A stretch of 64,000 bases of DNA from Octopus vulgaris (GCA_951406725.2 OX597820.1:127286001-127350000), one strand, 5' to 3'. Shown: positions 40,479 through 52,611, counted from the stretch's first letter. A program made the numbers and translations. Notes: generated by a model not told the origin, from the letters alone.

Positions 40479-40927
40479 AGCTTTGCAATGGCTCATCTGT
40501 GATGAAGTTTCAATGCATGATGTCCTATGTCATCCAAAGCATGCAATCAGAACCTCACCTGTGTCAGACTTTATGCTTTTCAGATACTTACTATAACTGC
40601 TGACCACCACTAGTAATTGATTTGAATCTAAGGATATTTTGTTTTCTCTCAAAATTGCACAACATTCAAATGGGTAGCAAAATGGGAATAGTAAATGATT
40701 TACTGAAATGTTTTACATATAATTTTCTATCTTGGGATAGTTTTAACTTGTGTTGTTGATATCCATTTAAATATAATGCCAATAGCAGAATTTGTACTCA
40801 TGCAAATAAAAACTAGTTCTCTAATCTAAGAAGTATTGTATTTTGTAACTCTTTGTCTTTATTTTTCTTACTGTATATACCAGCATATAAGATGTGGGGG
40901 TTTTCATTCTTAAATATAACAAAAAAT

Positions 40928-41269
40928 TATTGTTGTATTTAGGAATGGTCATTTTGCCAGTTTAGCCAATAAAAAAACACACACACTATATATTTGGTGT
41001 TAATTTGCTTCAGCTTTATTTATTTTTTACATTAATCTTATTTCGGCCAGAGTTTTTTCGTCACACTCCTGTGACCGCATCAGTGGTCCTTTGCTTTCTT
41101 CTTTCTTATTTGTGTGTCTCTCCTTACCAACGGTCAGCCATTTTGTATTTCCATTGTATGTGTCTTAATTTGCACATGCGTATATCTCTATGTGTGTCTA
41201 TGTTTAGTTAGTGTGTGTGTTTTTTTATTGGCTAAACTGGCAAAATGACCATTCCTAAATACAACAATA
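40928..41269. mobile_element. Penelope-like remnant with ~60-bp inverted repeats
   Basis: 40928-40988 is the reverse complement of 41209-41269. A minus-strand CTGATGC-GGTCA...TGGCC-GAAA lies between them at 41083-41041. Confidence 0.6.
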
Positions 41270-41816
41270 TGTGTTTCAACACAGGATTTCACATCAAAAA
41301 TCTTGCAAAACAAATATATAAACGTAATAACAAATAATTGCCAGCCATCTAATGCAACTGTATTATAGATGGGATACCAAATATATGATGAAACATATTA
41401 AATTTGTTTTTTCCACAAAAAAGTAGGAGTTTTATACACCAGTAAATAGTAAACTGTGAATTCTAAGTAAGGAGAACATAACCCTTTTCCCAAGGTAAGG
41501 GGTGATTAGGGTTTTTAGATCTGAAGTGTAAATGTCGCTATTTAAAATTTAATGCTTGGAACATTATTGGATTTAGCAGAATACAATTAAAACAGCATAA
41601 CTGACAACAAGAAGCAGAGAAGTTGTTCTATTTAGTTCTCATAGAAGAGGAATGGGAGAAGACAGACACCACATGGATTATGCAGAGATTGTTGTTGTTG
41701 TTATAGCTGCTGAGTATCCCTGGTCAATTTTGCTTGAAATTTTAAATCCTATCTTACCTGAAACCTGCCTTACGAAAGTGTTCAAAGTATATTAAACCTC
41801 TCAAGTCTTGATTATA

Positions 41817-42233
41817 TTACTCTTTTACTCGTTTCAGTCATTTGACTGTGGCCATGCTGGAGCACCGCCTTTAGTCGAGCAAATCAACCCCAGGACTTAT
41901 CCTTTGTAAGCCTAGTACTTATTCTATCGGTCTCTTTTGCCGAACCACTAAGTTACGGGGACGTAAACACACCACCATCGGTTGTCAAGCGATGTTGCGG
42001 GGACAAACACAGACACAGAAACATATATACACACACATGTATATGCATATATACGACGGACTGCTTTCAGTTTCCGCCTACTAAATCCACTCACAAGGCT
42101 TTGGTCAGCCCAAGGCTTTGGTCAGCCCAAGGCTATAGTAGACGACACTTACCCAAGGTGCCACGCAGTGGAACTGAACCCGGAACCATGTGGTTGGTAA
42201 GCAAGCTACTTACCACACAGCCACTCCTGCGCC
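41817..42233 (-). mobile_element. Full-length copy of the same SINE in inverted orientation
   Basis: Reverse complement of 38628-39038. Another minus-strand copy lies at ~43398-43760. Confidence 0.8.
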
Positions 42234-42704
42234 TATAAATATTGGAAATATCTACTGCAGTGCATTGTCAGTCTCTTCGTGTATAGCAATGAAAGGGTTA
42301 AAGAAAGCCGTGGCCAACCAGCTGTGAGCATCTCAGGTCTTACATCTGAGATGTGCTGAACTTCAGTCGAGGCTTCTAAAGGATATCGATGGGGATATAT
42401 ATAAGTGCTTTCTTTGGAATGTATTCCCAGATGTTTGTCTGCTTTTCCATTTAATAGGGAGTGTTTGTAGGTCTCTGTGTGCAATGCACTTAGACTAAAG
42501 GATACATTCACTGACCCATTGAGAATTAGAGACCTTCCTGGAAAATGGGCAATTTGAAACTATTAACATGGAAACTGAGATGTTGTTTTCCTAAGCTCCC
42601 CCACCACCTCTTCTTTCCCCCTCTCTCTCATTCACACACAACCCAGGCTCTTTAATTTGTTTGAGGGTATAAAATTAGATAAATAACAGCATGGATGGAA
42701 ATTT

Positions 42705-42872
42705 CATTATTTACATTTGACGGATATTTGTCCTCATCTTGTTTGTTGTTAACACAACGTTTCTGCTGATATATTCCCATCCAGCCTTCATCAGGCTGGA
42801 AGGTATAAAGGCCAAAACATTGTGTTAACAACAAACAAGATGAGGACAAATATCCGTCAAATGGAAATAATG
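42705..42872. mobile_element. Penelope-like inverted pseudo-LTR remnant with hammerhead-like core
   Basis: Arms at 42705-42762 and 42815-42872. Minus strand has CTGATGA (42794-42788) followed by GAAACGTT (from 42763). Confidence 0.65.
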
Positions 42873-44908
42873 TACATAATTCCTCATCTCGTGAATATAG
42901 AAATGAAATTTTGTTTTATTTTTAAATATCACATCATAACCATCGTCATCAACAACAGCAACATTCAAGAATGTTCTTAATACATTTCTAGCATGATCAG
43001 AAATCTTTTATTTACAATTTTCATGCTCTTAATCCCATCAGGTATTATCGTATTTATGTGTCAAGATCAGCCGTGAGTTTTAAACTTAGCAGAAATTAGT
43101 AGCCTGTGTTATGTTATAAGCTCAGATCTCTACACTTGAAGATTTGTTATAAGGCTGTCATTTAGCCCCAGGTTTCAATACCAATTCTGTCCAGTTATTT
43201 CCACCACAAAATTACAGCAAATTAAATAAACCATGTTAGGAGCCAGGGCTATTTAGGGTTAAAAAACAATTCAAATGTTGTTAAACCTATTTCATAAAAT
43301 ACAATTTATCTTTAAAAACTATAACAAAACATGAAAAACTGAATTGTCAGAATAAGCACCTACTCTACTTTTTTCTTTTTTTTTTCTCTCTGTTAAGATC
43401 TTTTACTTGTTTTAATCATTTGATTGTGGCCATGCTGTGGCACCATTTTGGAGAATGCTTAAAGAACTGCATTGGCCCTAGTATTTATCTTTTTCAAGGT
43501 CTGGTACTTATTCTATCAGTCTCTTTTGCTAATTGCTAAGTTATGAGTAAGTAAACAGACTAGTACAGGTTGTCAAGCAGTGGTGTGGGGACAAACACAT
43601 ACACACTAAATACAACAGGCTTCTTTCAGTTTCCGTCTACCAAATCCACTCACTAGGCTTTGGTTGGTCGGAGGCTGTAGTAGAAGACACTTGCCTTCAG
43701 TGGGACTGAGCCCTGAACCATGTGGTGGATGCAGCTTCTTACCATACAGCCATGCCTGCCTGTTTATGTTTTAGAGAAAATTACTTTGGCACTTTTGATG
43801 CCAACCTGCCCATGACCATCCTTGGTTCTGTGATTCAGACTTCCAAATTAAAAACCTTCCAGCAAAATTTCCTGTTAATTTATGTTCTAAACTCCAGCTA
43901 AATAAAGATTTCTGGTGCAAGCTCAAGGCCAACAGTTTACGGAGGGACGTTTACATGATGCCATCGACCACAGTTGAAACTAGAATGTAAAGATTCAGAA
44001 TTGCAGGGCCTTTTTTTCCCAGGATGCTAATGATTTTGCCAGCTCATGCCCAGCTTAATAATGGGTTATTTTTACTAAAATCTTCAAGGCAGTTTGTCTC
44101 GATAGAAATAAGAAGAGGATTAAACGAGTAATCACAAGAGTGCAATTAGTTGACAAAGATAAGTTGACAAAAATGTATTCCAAGTGTAATTTTTCTTCAG
44201 ACCTTGTACTTCTTTCTGAAGGCTGCCTGTGGCATTAAAGATGCATGTTTTCCACTTCTGATATAAACAAAAGAAAGAACAAAATATTTATGGTCGGGTT
44301 GAGAGCCTGTGACCCTGGCTAAAATTGGTGGTTGGGTGTTTTTGTTATACTTCAAACAATAACAACGATAATAATGATGATGATGATGATGATGATGGTG
44401 CATGTGATTTACTAAGTAGTGCTCTAGTTTATTTAGAAATGCTGTATAACTTGTACAAAGACAGCATGTGTTACATATTTCAAAGGATTAGTTGGAGTTG
44501 AAAGTCATTTCAGTGTACAGAAGATCAATTCAACATTGATGCTAACATGGAGAAGCCTGCTGTGTTGAAATATTGCCGTTTAAGTCCCTGGTTAACAATG
44601 CTGATCTATCACACTTAATAATCAAAGACATATGCTAGCTACTGCCATCTGGGGTTTTAAACGTTTTGTATTGGTATATATTATCTGTTACTGGACTTAT
44701 ATATTATCTAATATGTTATTTCTCCCTCTCGCTTTGATATAGTAAAATGTAACTTGAAGGTTATTTGATTGCTTTTTCTCGTATGTTGTGTAACTGTGAG
44801 AGAGTCCCTCATTATCAATAACCACATTTTAATTGAGATCAAAATGTTCTTGATGACAATGATATATTAAATGTGATAGACAGGATTGTTGTTCTATCCA
44901 GGGTAAGA

Positions 44909-45493
44909 TTAACCCTTTTGTTACCATATTTCTGTCTAAATATACTGCTATTTTCTTTCCGAATAACATTAAAAATAATGGAAGATTTCGTAAAACCAAT
45001 TTGTCATTATTATGCGTGTGTTGGGAGCATATACTGAAAGCAAATTTTAATAGGATGTAATTCAGTTCATTTTGAAACAGGAAATTTGTATCATATCCAG
45101 GGTTGTCACAAGCAGTTTGGAATTAAAAGGGTTAAATCAAATTCACTTTGTGGTACAGAAGGTGGAGTTGAAAACTGAATCTATGGGTCTTTGTTTTTGA
45201 AAAGATTAATTTCACTTTCATTCCTATTTTATATAGATAATAGCCTGTTTTGAAATCCATTCCTTAACCCATTTTTACTACCATATTTCTGTTGGAAATA
45301 CACTGCTTTTGTTTCAATTAATTTTGAGAAAAATGAAGAATTTAGTTAAATGACTTTGCCATTATCAAGCTGGTGTTTGAAAGCACAAATTAAGATGAAA
45401 TTTTGATAGGTTTTAATTTAGATTGCTTTTAAACAGGAAATTTGTATCTTAGAACCAAGGGTGATCTCAGACAGTTGGAATCAAAAGGATTAA
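44909..45493. mobile_element. Two nearby copies of TTAA MITE family A
   Basis: Copies at 44909-45135 and 45264-45493, each running from TTAACCC to A(A)GG(G/A)TTAA with a shared body. Confidence 0.7.
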
Positions 45494-45824
45494 TTTTATT
45501 TTAACGAGATCTTTGGTGTAGATGATTCTCTTCAAATATTCTGTATAAAGGCATTCAAGGCTGTGCATTTCAGTAAAAATGACAAAACATTTTGTAAAGA
45601 TATTTTTTTCCCATTATGCAATGGTTCTGTTTATTTTATTGATTGTCGAAAGAGGAAAGAATATCTCCCTCCACACACCCACAGTATTTCAGTGTTCTGA
45701 GCCACTTCTGTTTTAATAGAATCCCTTTTGTAGACTTCCTACAGCATAATGCAATAGTTGGTTCACAGCCAAACATTTTAATTTTATATTTTAGTTAGAC
45801 CTTACTAAAGTGATTGCCTAATCT

Positions 45825-45849
<25 letters not shown>

Positions 45850-45858
<9 letters not shown>

Positions 45859-46325
45859 AATAATGTATTCAGAGATCTGGATGGTTGTACATTACAAATA
45901 TCTATTAACATATCATATGTTTTTATAAATCACATATAGGTGCTTTCATCTACTCCAATAGAGTCTTCAGATTTAAATTTTGTGATGGGATTTGTCTCTT
46001 TTTATAGTATTAGTGAATGGGTTGGGGTGGAGAGAGAGAGGGGGAAAGAAGAGTAATGTGGAGTGTATAGAGTAGGAAAAGAGGGAGAGGAATGGGGAGA
46101 AAGTGAGTGTGTGTTTGTGTATACACGCATGTGTATATGCCTGTGTATCTGAAAGGAAGCGTTTTGAACAAGATACAAAGAAAAAGAATATATATTTTTA
46201 AGTAGGTGAGTAGAACAAATGCTTACTTTGGTTCAGCCAGCTCCCTAGGGGGTCTGGAAGGGAAGTGTTTTCAAAGTAAATCCTCCATGCTGGTGGGAAA
46301 ATGGTTTAAACTATTTGGACTAAGA
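45850..46325 (-). mobile_element. 5'-truncated Penelope-like element 3' end
   Basis: Minus strand begins LSPNSLN, resembling the LxPxGLN end of PLE GIY-YIG ORFs. A pyrimidine-rich UTR and CTGAAGA...GAAA (45970-45944) follow, next to a (TA)n run. Confidence 0.5.
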
Positions 46326-47094
46326 TGGAAAAGAATGACGCAATCAGTAAAGAATTAGAAGTGCATTGTGACCAGTGATGCATAACATCCAATAGTCTGG
46401 TTGATATAGATGACACAGATGATATATAAATCCTTTCAATGGGGTACACTTCAGTCATTTGTTTTTAGACTTTACTTTCCTCATTTCATTTGTTTTGCTA
46501 GCCCTACATAGAGTGTTAAAGATGATGGGATGTTAAATCTTTTGAACTTTATCAGCCAGACAATATGTGCAAGTAGTTATTAATCAGATAAAAAGAAAAA
46601 ATGAAAAGAGATTTTTAAAAATCACTTCTTTTCTTATCCTTCAAAACAAAACAAACATATTTATCTACACATTTGTAAAAAAAAAAACCAACTTTAGTGA
46701 GTCTTCAGTACATGAATGCTCACCATCATCATTTAACATTCATTTTCCTGGCATAAGTTGGACAGTTTTATTGGAACTGGTCAGGTTGGGGGCCACACCA
46801 GGCTCCATTGTCTATTCTGGCAGGGTTTCTATGGCTGGATGTTTACCCCTACTTCTGACCGAAATGGACAGTGTTGCATTTAACTGGATTGAAAGGGCAT
46901 CAAAACTATTCATATTTTCAAAAGCTTCTCTCCATATTCTAGCGTGAATGAAAGAATTGATACAATGAAATTTGCATGTACTGAATCATTGCTTTCGGCA
47001 ATCATTAATCACCCTCATTATCAATACTGAAAAAAATGGTGACACATTTTGTAACATTTTCAAGAAATTATTCTGATCCAAATATATCCCAGTT

Positions 47095-47545
47095 TTAACT
47101 CTTTTGATTCCAAGCCACCTGAGACTACAACTCCTGGTTCTGTGCCACAAACTTCCTGTTTAAAAGGATTTAAATTAAACCCTTCAGTCAAAATTTCATG
47201 TTAATTTCTCTTCCAAACACCATTTTAATAATGAGTTATTTTATGAATTCCTTCATTATTTTCAAAATAAATGAGAGAAAGGCAATGTATTTCAACAGAA
47301 ATATTATAACAAAGGGGTTAAACCTTTCGATACTAACCCAGCTGAGACCACCATTGGCTCAGTAAAATAGATTTTCTCTTTTAAAGTGATCTAAATTAAA
47401 ACCTTCCTTCAAAATTTCATATTAAATTTTGTTCAAAACACCAGTGTAATAATGACAAAATTATTTTGTGAAATTCTTCATTATTTTCCAAATAAATTCA
47501 AGCAAAGTCAGTGTATTTCAACAGAATTACAATAATGAAAGTTCT
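47095..47545. mobile_element. Head-to-tail dimer of TTAA MITE family A (opposite orientation to the 45-kb copies)
   Basis: Two ~225-bp units joined at the TTAA at 47318-47321. Confidence 0.65.
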
Positions 47546-48233
47546 TTAATACAATGTAATTCACCTCAATATTGTCTTCATTTGTTAATTTTTATTTGTT
47601 GTATAGTCACTAAATAATCTTTATAAGAAGACCTTCCTTGCTAATATTGGATATCAAAATCAGAAGATTATTTTCTTTGTTTTGTTTTTAATTCCTGCAT
47701 GAATAAGGTATTGTATGAGTGAAAGATTAACTTGGTGGACTGCTGATTTCAAATCCTCTTGCAGATATTGCATTGGCAACATGTATTAATCTTGTTTTAT
47801 CTCAATCAGCTCCGTCTAAAAACGAGCAATACTCTTAAACTTCAATCTGGATAAGTGGGTTTTGTTTGAAAGTTATCCAGATTTGGGAGACTTAGTTTAA
47901 CAATGTGCTACGTATTTATTGCAATGGTAGCTGACTTGTGCTAACATGAAATAATAATAATTATCATTTTTACTAGAGCAGTAGTAATAGTAGGAGTATT
48001 TGTGAGGGTGCATGACTTAGTGGTTAGGGTGTTGCACTCATGATCTAGCAATCCTGATTTCAATTCCTAGACCTGGTGATGTGTTGTGTTCTTGAGCAAG
48101 ACATTTCATTCCCAATTGCTCTGCAATCACTTCAACACCTGATGTGTGGCACACATTGCACCTATTCAGACAATGTTGACTCGATGCAGAGAGTGAGCTG
48201 ATGCGTGGCATGAACATTTGATCACTTGAAACA

Positions 48234-49568
48234 AATCATTTGTGCAGGCCGTTGAGCAAAATCCGAATGCTCATACATCGTCTTTGATGGGAGAGTCCAT
48301 TATTATTATTAGTGATAGAAACAGTATAAATAGCAAAAGGCTATCTTTATATCCAGCTTATGTGGGTGTTTTGTTAGGACACTGAATGTTGCTGTATTCG
48401 CCTTCAGAAGTCCTCTCATATTGATGCATGGTACATAAAAGCATTCATATTTATATCCTGGATAAACAAGAATTGACTGCTGTTGACAACAGAACTACCA
48501 GATCATGTGATTTCAACATACTGTCTCTTCGCTTGCTGCATATTAATTAGCCAAATCTTTCTGCCAACGATGTATAGAGTTACAGGGATTTTTTTCAGGC
48601 ACTGATGTCACATATAGCCAACAGGTTTATTTAAAAAATAATTATTATCAACAGAAGCAGTGTTAATACCAAATGGCAATCTTTATATCCAACTTAATTT
48701 GGATGTTTGGTTAGAATGCCAAATTCTGCAGTACCCACCTTGACAAGTCCTCTTATATGGATGCATGGTACCAAAAAGCACTGAAGTCTGCAGTTTGAAT
48801 TTAGATCACTTTGATACAGGGAGATTCTATTATTTAGTATCAAAAGGGTTTAATGGAATTTTATATAACATGTCAAGTTCAAGTCAAATTGAAGCCTGCA
48901 GATGGCACTGCAGGTTGTCCTGGATTTATTCTTTTCAGTCGTTTTCTCCAAACTCTTAGCAAACTGTGTCTCTACAGTGTCATCATGATTATCATCATCA
49001 TCCGTTTTCCATGCTGGTATGGGTTGGATGGTTTGACAGGAACTGGCAAGGCGAAGGGCTGCCACAGGTTTTATAGTCTGTTTTGGCTTGGTTTCTTTAG
49101 CTGGATGCCCTTCTAACACAATGATTTTACAGAGTGTGCTGAGTGCTTTTTACGTGGTACCAGCACCAGTGCTTTTTATGTAGCGGTGGCACCAGTCCTT
49201 TTTACATGATACCTTGTTTTTGAGATCTCAATACTGTTGTGGTGATCAGGTCTTCCCTGAGCACAGCAATGTGTGACATATCTCAGTCCTCTGTCATCTC
49301 CTTCATAAGGCTCAGTGCAAACACTTGTCAATTGTATAATCCAGGATATAAATATGAATGCTTTTATGTACCATGCATCAATATGAGAGGACTTCTGAAG
49401 GTGAATACAGCAATATTCAGTGTCCTAACAAAACACCCACATAAGCTGGATATAAAGATAGCCTTTTGCTATTTATACTGTTTCTATCACTAATAATAAT
49501 AATGGACTCTCCCATCAAAGACGATGTATGAGCATTCGGATTTTGCTCAACGGCCTGCACAAATGATT
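48234..49568. repeat. 230-bp inverted duplication (arms 48234-48463 and 49339-49568)
   Basis: Reverse-complement match read by eye, with only two differences found. Confidence 0.92.
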
Positions 49569-50048
49569 GCACAAAGCCTTGCGAGTGGTTTTGGTTGGCA
49601 AACTTGAAAGATGCTTATTATGTTTGTGTGTGTGTGTGTGTGTGTATAATAGTTGTGTCACTGTCATACAAACAGTGTCATATCTTTCCAATATTGTGTG
49701 GAAACCTGTCTGGACATAGGGAGGAATGTCCTCCAGCCATTGAAACTATGCTTCATTACAGTCTGTCTGACACAAGTATGGAACAATGGATGTTATAATA
49801 AAAGCAAATGCAGCCCTAAAATTTTGTAAAGGGGTTTCCATATTAAGGATACGGTTTTTGCTAAATAACTCCACTTGAAAGCATTCACTAATCAAATAGA
49901 TTTCTGTTCTTTAGATACAGAAATGAACTTTCTGTAGTCAGAATACAGAATTTTCCCCCTTTTATTGCTGTTTGTTCAGCCAGATTGGAATAATTAACTT
50001 CTTTCATTCACAATTTTATGTTGTGGCTTAAAAAAAAATTTACATTGC

Positions 50049-50269
50049 TTAACCTTTTTGTTTCCATATTTCTGTTAAAATACGCTGCCTTTGTTTCAGT
50101 TGGTTTGGAAAATAATTTAGTGAAATAACTGTCATTATTAAGCCAATGTTTGGAACACAATTTAACATAGATGTTTCATGGACATTTTTAATATAGATCA
50201 CTTTAAAATAAAATGTTTGTATCATAGAATCAGGGGCCGTCTCAGGCGGGTTGTTATCAAAAGGGTTAA
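50049..50269. mobile_element. TTAA MITE family A copy
   Basis: TTAACCTTTTTG...CAAAAGGGTTAA. Confidence 0.7.
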
Positions 50270-51124
50270 AGTAATAATTCATTATCATCATCAGTGGTTA
50301 ACATTTACTTTCCATGCTTGGTCCAACCCATGCCAGCATGGACAATGGACATTAAATGATGATGATGCTTGCATGGGTTGAACAGAATTCATTGAGGTTG
50401 AGTTTCTGAAGTGATATGCCCTTCCTGTCACCAACCCCCATCTGTTTCCAAGCAAGGTAATATTTCCCAAAAGCTAGGCATCTTTCTCATGGAAGACTGG
50501 AAACTAACAACATTACTTGTATGACAGGGATGTTCATTTTCTATCACATTAAGACAAATGTTTACCCACATGCACAGGGCACTGCCTTGAAGGGGCTTAG
50601 CTGAACAAAACCCCAGTGCTTTTTATTTTTAAGTCTTTGGTACTTGTTCTATTAGCCTCTTTTTACTAGGATATAAACAAACCAACACTGTTTATCAAGT
50701 GGTGGTAGGGACAAACACTAAGACCTCACAGACTAGCTTCTTTCAGTTTCTGCCTACAAAATCCATGCGTAAGGCTTTGGGCAGCCAGGGTTATAATAGA
50801 AGACACTTGCTCAAGGAGCCATGCAGAATCTAGAACCCTGTAATTGGGAAGCAGACTTCTGACCACACAGCCACACCTGCGTTTGACAGGTGTCAATCCA
50901 CTCGTAAAGCTTTGGTCAGTCTGGGGTCAAGCCCAAGACCACACGACTGGAAAGCAAGCTTCTTAACCCTCTTGTGGCACCTGGGCTTATTCATCAGCCC
51001 GAGCAATATAAGCTGAAAGGATTTTGAGTCTAATACATCTGCCCAATGAAACAAATGTTTTGAAGTGCGATAATAGCCAGTCAGGGATCATCTTTCTGTA
51101 GATAAGATATAAAACTTTTACCTG

Positions 51125-51457
51125 GCTGCTGGAAGACCCTGCATCTGGCAACAGGACACTGCACCATGCCACACAAGCAGGAGAACCCAGTCACAGCTGC
51201 CAGACAATTTCTGCAACCACATCACCCTTAACATCTGGCCACCTAACTTCCCAGACTGCAACCCCTTTGGTTATTATATGTGGGGTGCAGTTGAGCAAGA
51301 GACCAACAAAACTCCTTGTAACACCAAAGATGAACCGAAGGCAAGGATCATGGCAGCATTCACCAAATTAAACAAGGTGACCATCCAGAAGAGCTGCAAG
51401 AGATTCCAAAGTTGCCTGGAGGCCACGGTTGAAGCCAATGGCAATTTTATTGAGTAA
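51125..51457 (+). pseudogene. Tc1/mariner transposase C-terminal relic with DD37D (maT-type) spacing
   Basis: Hand translation: AAGRPCIWQQDTAPCHTSRRTQSQLPDNFCNHITLNIWPPNFPDCNPFGYYMWGAVE...VEANGNFIE*. There are 37 residues between QQD and the third catalytic position, which is now Gly. Confidence 0.85.
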
Positions 51458-51531
51458 ATTTACTCTTTAGTATTTCAAGATATACACACACTCACATATA
51501 TATATATTATACACACACACACACACACATA

Positions 51532-51563
<32 letters not shown>

Positions 51564-52165
51564 TATACACACACACTTTTAGGCAATTTATCATTTGTTT
51601 TCTACATGACCTCATCAATATCAATCTCAGAAAAAAATGTTGGTCTTTTTGGGCTACACCTGCCAAAACACTGTGTCGCAAAAGAGTTAAAACACACAGC
51701 CATGCTTGTGCCTCACCTCACTTAATACATCACAATTTATAGCTGATGTCTATTTTGATATTCCAACCAACTCTGAACTGTTTACCGTTCGTTGCTTCAT
51801 TATGTACTGAAGTACAAAACCTTGTTTTCATCTGACTAACATTAATATTTATAGAGCGAGGTGTCTGTCTGCCTGCTTAATAGCTGTTAAATTTAAAATA
51901 AACTTTATCTCACCAGTCTTTCCCACCAGACTGATTAGTGAAGCCTCTGAGACAATAATAAGACACGGACAGGCAATAACGATCTTTGCTCAAAGAAGCT
52001 GCTGTTATTAAGTATTGTCAACGGTTTCTTGTGAATAGCCCAGGGCCCACCTCCAGCCCCTTATTCGTGGCATCTCTCTACCTCTGCTGTTTGCCTGTGT
52101 GTATATTGTCTTGTGTATGTTTAGCACTGTGCTTGTGTATTAGTGTATGTATGTCTAGATGTATA

Positions 52166-52203
<38 letters not shown>

Positions 52204-52283
52204 GCTTAACCCATGAAATATTCAATGACTGAATAAACTAATCAATATTTTTACTTCCTGCTGAATGACTCTTATTACTTCAG

Positions 52284-52319
52284 TCTCTCCCTCTCCCTCT
52301 CTCTCTCTCCCTCTCCCTC

Positions 52320-52372
<53 letters not shown>

Positions 52373-52586
52373 CCTTTCACTGTACATCAGCTCACCCTCC
52401 CTCCCTCTCTCTCTCTCTCATGTCTCTCTTTTACTCATCTACTTCCCTCTTCTTTCCTTTCCCGCTACATCAACTCCCTTCTCTCTCTCTCTCTCCCTCT
52501 CCCTTTGTACTTCTCTCTTTCACTCATCTCTCTTTTGTCCTATCTTTACACTGCATCTCCCTCTCTCTCCCTCTCTCCCTCTCTCA
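52284..52586. repeat. (CT)-rich polypyrimidine tract upstream of the ARM1 exon
   Basis: Directly visible. Confidence 0.9.
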
Positions 52587-52611
52587 TCTAATAACATGGT
52601 TTCTCTTCCAG

